From positions 1,024,001-1,088,000 of the forward strand of contig CBDHHL010000056.1 in NCBI GenBank assembly GCA_965263355.1: a stretch of DNA of 64,000 nucleotides, written 5' to 3'. The notes under the pieces were generated by a model. The model saw only the letters and a list, made by a program, of their open reading frames with translations. It was not told where the DNA came from and made no database searches. Below are positions 60,229-64,000 of this stretch, piece by piece. Position numbers and translations under genes: made by a program. The first letter of the stretch is position 1, and each line of letters starts with the position of its first letter. Origin of the DNA: Leptolyngbyaceae cyanobacterium. Lineage in GTDB: Bacteria; Cyanobacteriota; Cyanobacteriia; Phormidesmidales; Phormidesmidaceae.

Positions 60229-60256
60229 GTAATATTGGGTGCAGGTAGAATAAACT

Positions 60257-61702
60257 TTATCCCCTAACCCATTCTCGTAAAATAGGCACTAAAAACGTAA
60301 TTGGAGCCCGTTCTTCCACTGTTACTCGCGCTGTCAATGTCGTGCCTAAGGTCAGCGACTCTTCAGGTCCCTGAGACGATGACCAGGCATACCCACTGGA
60401 TGTCTCAGCATCCGTTTGCAGTTCAACCGTCACCGCCAGATGCCCGGTTCCCCCCGTCATCAGGGTATCCACAATCTCTGGATTACCCACTGCCGCAATT
60501 GCCCCTTCACGGGACACTGGCAACGACGATACCCCCGTTACCGTTCCTCGAATACTGCCAAACCGTTCACGCTTTACCGTATCTGGCGCAATCATAATCT
60601 CCATCCCTGGTTGTACCCGTTTTCCCTGGGCGACAGTAAAGTAGATGACCCCGGTGTCTGGCTGTGTCTGCCCAGGTGCCATCGCTTGTAGACGCCCCAA
60701 TGACATGCCTGGAGCAACTACCTGCCCCACCGTTGCCGTCGTTTCCACAATACAGCCCGACTGAAGACTTCTAATTTCACTATTTTCAATAATCTGCCGT
60801 TTTAGCTGAGAAATTTGCTGCTCTAAAGCTTGTTTTTCTTGCTCATACCCTTGTAGAGCGTTTAAATTCTCCTGTTCTAGTTGCTTTCCTCTGGTTTCTA
60901 AAGCTTGCAAATTAGCCTGCACTTGGGAAATCTGATTCAGATTATTTAAATGCTGTTGCTGAGCTTCCACCATTTGTAAGTTTAATTGCTGTAGCTGGGT
61001 ACCCAGGTCTCCCAGACGGTGCAGATTTTGACGATGTTCTTGTTCTGCCTGTAATACCATATCTGGAGCAATGGCCCCTGCTTTAACCAGGGACTGACGA
61101 CTATGGAGGCGCTGTTCCAAAACAGGTGTCAGTTCTTGGGTATCTTTGAGTTGTTGTTGTAAATTAGTACGCTGTTGCTCTAGCATTAAGGTATTTTGAC
61201 GATTAAGCGCTGGCGTTAAGGATTCTGCATTACTTAGCTGTTGTTCCATCCCCAGACGCTGGGTGGCCATTTCTGCCTGGGCCAGTCCTGTTCGTTGCGT
61301 TCGAATTAACTCGGCCTGATAAAACTGTTGTTGCAGCTGAGCGTGCTTACTCTGTTGTTGCTGTAGCTGCTGATTTAGATCCGTTGGATTAATAGTGGCC
61401 AGCAGCTCTCCGTTTTTCACGCATTGCCCTGCAGTCATCGGTAAAGTCTCTAATTGCCCCGAAATAGGTGATTGGAGGGGGATAACCTGATGTGGGTCTA
61501 GCAAAATACCCTGGCCCGTGACCGTCATGGGCATTTTACCCAACAGACTCCAAGCGGCCCCAGCCCCCAAGAGTAGCGTCATCATGCCCAAGGGTAGCCA
61601 GTCTTTAGGCTTGACCAGTCGGATCGCCTGATCCAACTTTTCAGGTGATTGGAGTCGCTCCAGGGATTGTTTACGAAACAGGTGTGTGTTTTGTTCAAGC
61701 AT
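60257..61702 (-). CDS. NHLM bacteriocin-system secretion protein (HlyD family)
   Basis: LFRKQSLERLQSPEKLDQ, coiled coil, VKRERFGSI.G.V, SGYAWSSSQGP. Confidence 0.9.
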   Translation of the reverse strand: MLEQNTHLFRKQSLERLQSPEKLDQAIRLVKPKDWLPLGMMTLLLGAGAAWSLLGKMPMTVTGQGILLDPHQVIPLQSPISGQLETLPMTAGQCVKNGELLATINPTDLNQQLQQQQSKHAQLQQQFYQAELIRTQRTGLAQAEMATQRLGMEQQLSNAESLTPALNRQNTLMLEQQRTNLQQQLKDTQELTPVLEQRLHSRQSLVKAGAIAPDMVLQAEQEHRQNLHRLGDLGTQLQQLNLQMVEAQQQHLNNLNQISQVQANLQALETRGKQLEQENLNALQGYEQEKQALEQQISQLKRQIIENSEIRSLQSGCIVETTATVGQVVAPGMSLGRLQAMAPGQTQPDTGVIYFTVAQGKRVQPGMEIMIAPDTVKRERFGSIRGTVTGVSSLPVSREGAIAAVGNPEIVDTLMTGGTGHLAVTVELQTDAETSSGYAWSSSQGPEESLTLGTTLTARVTVEERAPITFLVPILREWVRG

Positions 61703-61731
61703 GCTTCCGCCTTTTGCCTTCCTACGTTGTT

Positions 61732-64000
61732 TTAGGTCAATTGTCGATTCATAAGCGTTTTAAACAATCCCGGCTGTTGGGATAATGCTTCAAAGCTGCC
61801 CTGTTGCACGATCTGACCTTGGTCTAATACGTAAATGCGATCGGCATGGCGGATGGTACTGAGACGATGTGCGATCGCAATTCGAGTGATTTTCAACCGT
61901 TCTAAGTTTTGACGCACCGTTGCCTGGGTACAATTGTCCAGCGCGCTGGTCGCTTCATCTAATAACAAAATCTTGGGTTTTAAGATCAGAGCACGGGCAA
62001 GCAGTAGCCGTTGCCGCTGCCCCCCTGAGAGATTTGCCCCCCCTTCAGATATATGGGTATGTAGCCCCATGGGCATGGCCTGAATGTCGTCTGCTAACCC
62101 TGCCATTTGGGCAGCTTGCCAGACATCTGACCGAGTGGTCAGAGACCCCGCTGCAATGTTGTCAAAGATAGAGCCACTATTAATATGACCATGTTGCAAC
62201 ACCACTCCCAACTGTCGCCGTACGGCTGCAACATCCAACCCAGATAGAGCCTGCTGATCGTAAAATACACCACCAGACTCAGGCCATTCGAACCCGAGGA
62301 TCAATCGTAGAAGAGTCGATTTGCCACTGCCAGAGGGGCCTACCAACGCGATAAATTCTCCAGGCTTGGCCTCTAACGTAACCCGATCTAACGTCAGGGG
62401 ACCATCCGCACAATAGCGAAAGGAGAGTCGGTCTAGTAATAAATGGCCAGTCAGGTCACCTGGATGGGCTTTTGTATTGTCTACCTCGGGTTGGGCCTGC
62501 ATAATGGGCTGTGTGCGCTCCCAGAAAACACCCGCTTCCCAGAGTTGCACGATGGCCTCACTTAGGTTTGTGGTGCCCCCAATAAAGATACCAAACGCGC
62601 TATTAAATGCCAGGAAAACCCCTGTAGACATAGGCTTTGCTGTAGCAATGTCTGTTTGTTGCAGACCAACCACGCCAATAAAGAAGAGTATCAAGCTCAG
62701 GGTTGGCAAGGCCTGATTAAATACCCGTAAATAATCAGCTAAACATTGACTGTCGAGGGTTATTTTTAACTGTTGGCGATAATAGCTGGCCCAGTAGGCA
62801 AAGGCTCGATGTTCGGCCCCGGCAACGCGAATTTTAGAGATGCCTTCCAGGATTTGGACCATGGTGCCAAACAGATTTCCCTGAACTAATAGTAAAGCCC
62901 GAAATTTTTGATTCATGGGCAATCGGATCAGGTTTGTAATCAAAAAAGAGACTAAGGCCAACACTATCGCTAATCGGGCTAATCGGGCACTGTAAACGAA
63001 TAAAATGCCACCATTGAGTAGGGCAAAGAGACTGGTTAGGAGGGTAGGCAGAGTTGCCCCTTCTAGGCGATAGCGGATTTGAGTAATGGCTAAAACCCGA
63101 TTCTTAAGATCACCACTGGTATAGTTACGAAAAAAGGATGGCTGTAATTTTAGTAGACGATCCCAAATAGCTGATTGGGTTACTACATCTAAATTGGTCT
63201 GCAGTCGCAGTAGGGCAACCCGTTGCACCCGTTGGAAGACAACAACGCCGAGACTGGCTAGGAGAAGGCCAATGCCAAGTTGGAATAATAAGGTGCGATC
63301 GCTATTGGGAATGGCCTGATCGATTAATATGCCGGTAGCTACCGGAGTCAACACCCCCAACAATGCAATGAGAATACCGCTGCCTGCAATTGTGAGTAGT
63401 GAAGATTGTTGTCCCTGCAGGGCAAATTGCAATACCTCCCAACCGCGCATCAGCTGATCCGGAAAGGACCGATAAAAGACATAGGCGATGGGATCAATCT
63501 GTTGGGCTTGGCTGGCGGTCAGAGGGATGTGCCGTTGCAGCCTTGGAGCAAATACCTGATAACGGCCAGGACGAATAGGTAACAAGGCCACTGGTTGCTG
63601 GTTGATGCTCCCCAGCAATGGGCCTAAATCGGCCTGCCACCAGCCAGGCTCTAACTGTACCTGACGAGTGTGGATCCGAGAGGCGGTTGCGATCGCTCGG
63701 ATCGCATCATTGATGGTTGGTTTGCCTAAGTTTATATCACCTGCAGCTTCATGGTGCTGTAGCGGTGATGCTAGCCAGTCCTGGGGGGGATGAATGTCGA
63801 TGCCCAATGCCTGGCCCACAGCCCCTGCCGCTGCTAGCCAGGGATTTTCTGTACCAGATAGCGAAAACCTGCCCCCTACCTCTGGCTGGGTTAAAACCGA
63901 AGCAAGATCATTGAGGGCCTGGGTTTGGATAGCAAGGTCATAAAGGTCAGCGGGAGTGGTGCAATCGTATTGCGAGTCTACAGAAGGCTGTGGTTTAGGA
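61732..64000 (-). CDS. NHLM-type ABC exporter permease/ATP-binding subunit, 3' part; runs off the window end
   Basis: Frame is open from 64000; WWQADLGPLLG, GISKIRVAGAE.RAF, GPSGSGKST, LSGGQRQRLLLARAL. Confidence 0.9.
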   Translation of the reverse strand, partial: PKPQPSVDSQYDCTTPADLYDLAIQTQALNDLASVLTQPEVGGRFSLSGTENPWLAAAGAVGQALGIDIHPPQDWLASPLQHHEAAGDINLGKPTINDAIRAIATASRIHTRQVQLEPGWWQADLGPLLGSINQQPVALLPIRPGRYQVFAPRLQRHIPLTASQAQQIDPIAYVFYRSFPDQLMRGWEVLQFALQGQQSSLLTIAGSGILIALLGVLTPVATGILIDQAIPNSDRTLLFQLGIGLLLASLGVVVFQRVQRVALLRLQTNLDVVTQSAIWDRLLKLQPSFFRNYTSGDLKNRVLAITQIRYRLEGATLPTLLTSLFALLNGGILFVYSARLARLAIVLALVSFLITNLIRLPMNQKFRALLLVQGNLFGTMVQILEGISKIRVAGAEHRAFAYWASYYRQQLKITLDSQCLADYLRVFNQALPTLSLILFFIGVVGLQQTDIATAKPMSTGVFLAFNSAFGIFIGGTTNLSEAIVQLWEAGVFWERTQPIMQAQPEVDNTKAHPGDLTGHLLLDRLSFRYCADGPLTLDRVTLEAKPGEFIALVGPSGSGKSTLLRLILGFEWPESGGVFYDQQALSGLDVAAVRRQLGVVLQHGHINSGSIFDNIAAGSLTTRSDVWQAAQMAGLADDIQAMPMGLHTHISEGGANLSGGQRQRLLLARALILKPKILLLDEATSALDNCTQATVRQNLERLKITRIAIAHRLSTIRHADRIYVLDQGQIVQQGSFEALSQQPGLFKTLMNRQLT

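Overview
Cyanobacterial chromosomal window (frequent HIP1 GCGATCGC sites, PEP-CTERM and filamentous-haemagglutinin/CHAT genes). It opens with housekeeping genes (glgX, a PEP-CTERM 5'-nucleotidase, pip). About 7.2-23.5 kb is a translation-stress/RNA-repair island. It contains an attenuator-preceded HNH + alr0857-like pair and a sigma70/boxA-led tRNA array (about 16 intact-looking and about 6 decayed tRNA genes). The array also carries DIP1984 and NADAR genes, a small Gly-terminated protein, a TROVE/vWA (Ro60-like) gene and, after an intervening haemagglutinin gene, a ThiF/E1 gene. Four unannotated structured RNAs lie inside the island. The most striking is a ~320-nt RNA holding close copies of both 23S rRNA factor-binding elements (sarcin-ricin loop and the L11/GTPase-associated centre); another is a circularly permuted tRNA-like YrlA-type Y RNA. 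Next come an enediyne-type iterative PKS (PksE) with DevBCA exporter, halogenase-like and DUF1702 genes, then CHAT/FHA/TPR genes. A RiPP region follows: a four-unit double-glycine NHNE polyprotein, LanM, a Nif11 precursor and an NHLM-type exporter, with menD/menE interposed. A shared ~22-bp intergenic motif recurs through this region. All calls were made by eye; no searches were run.
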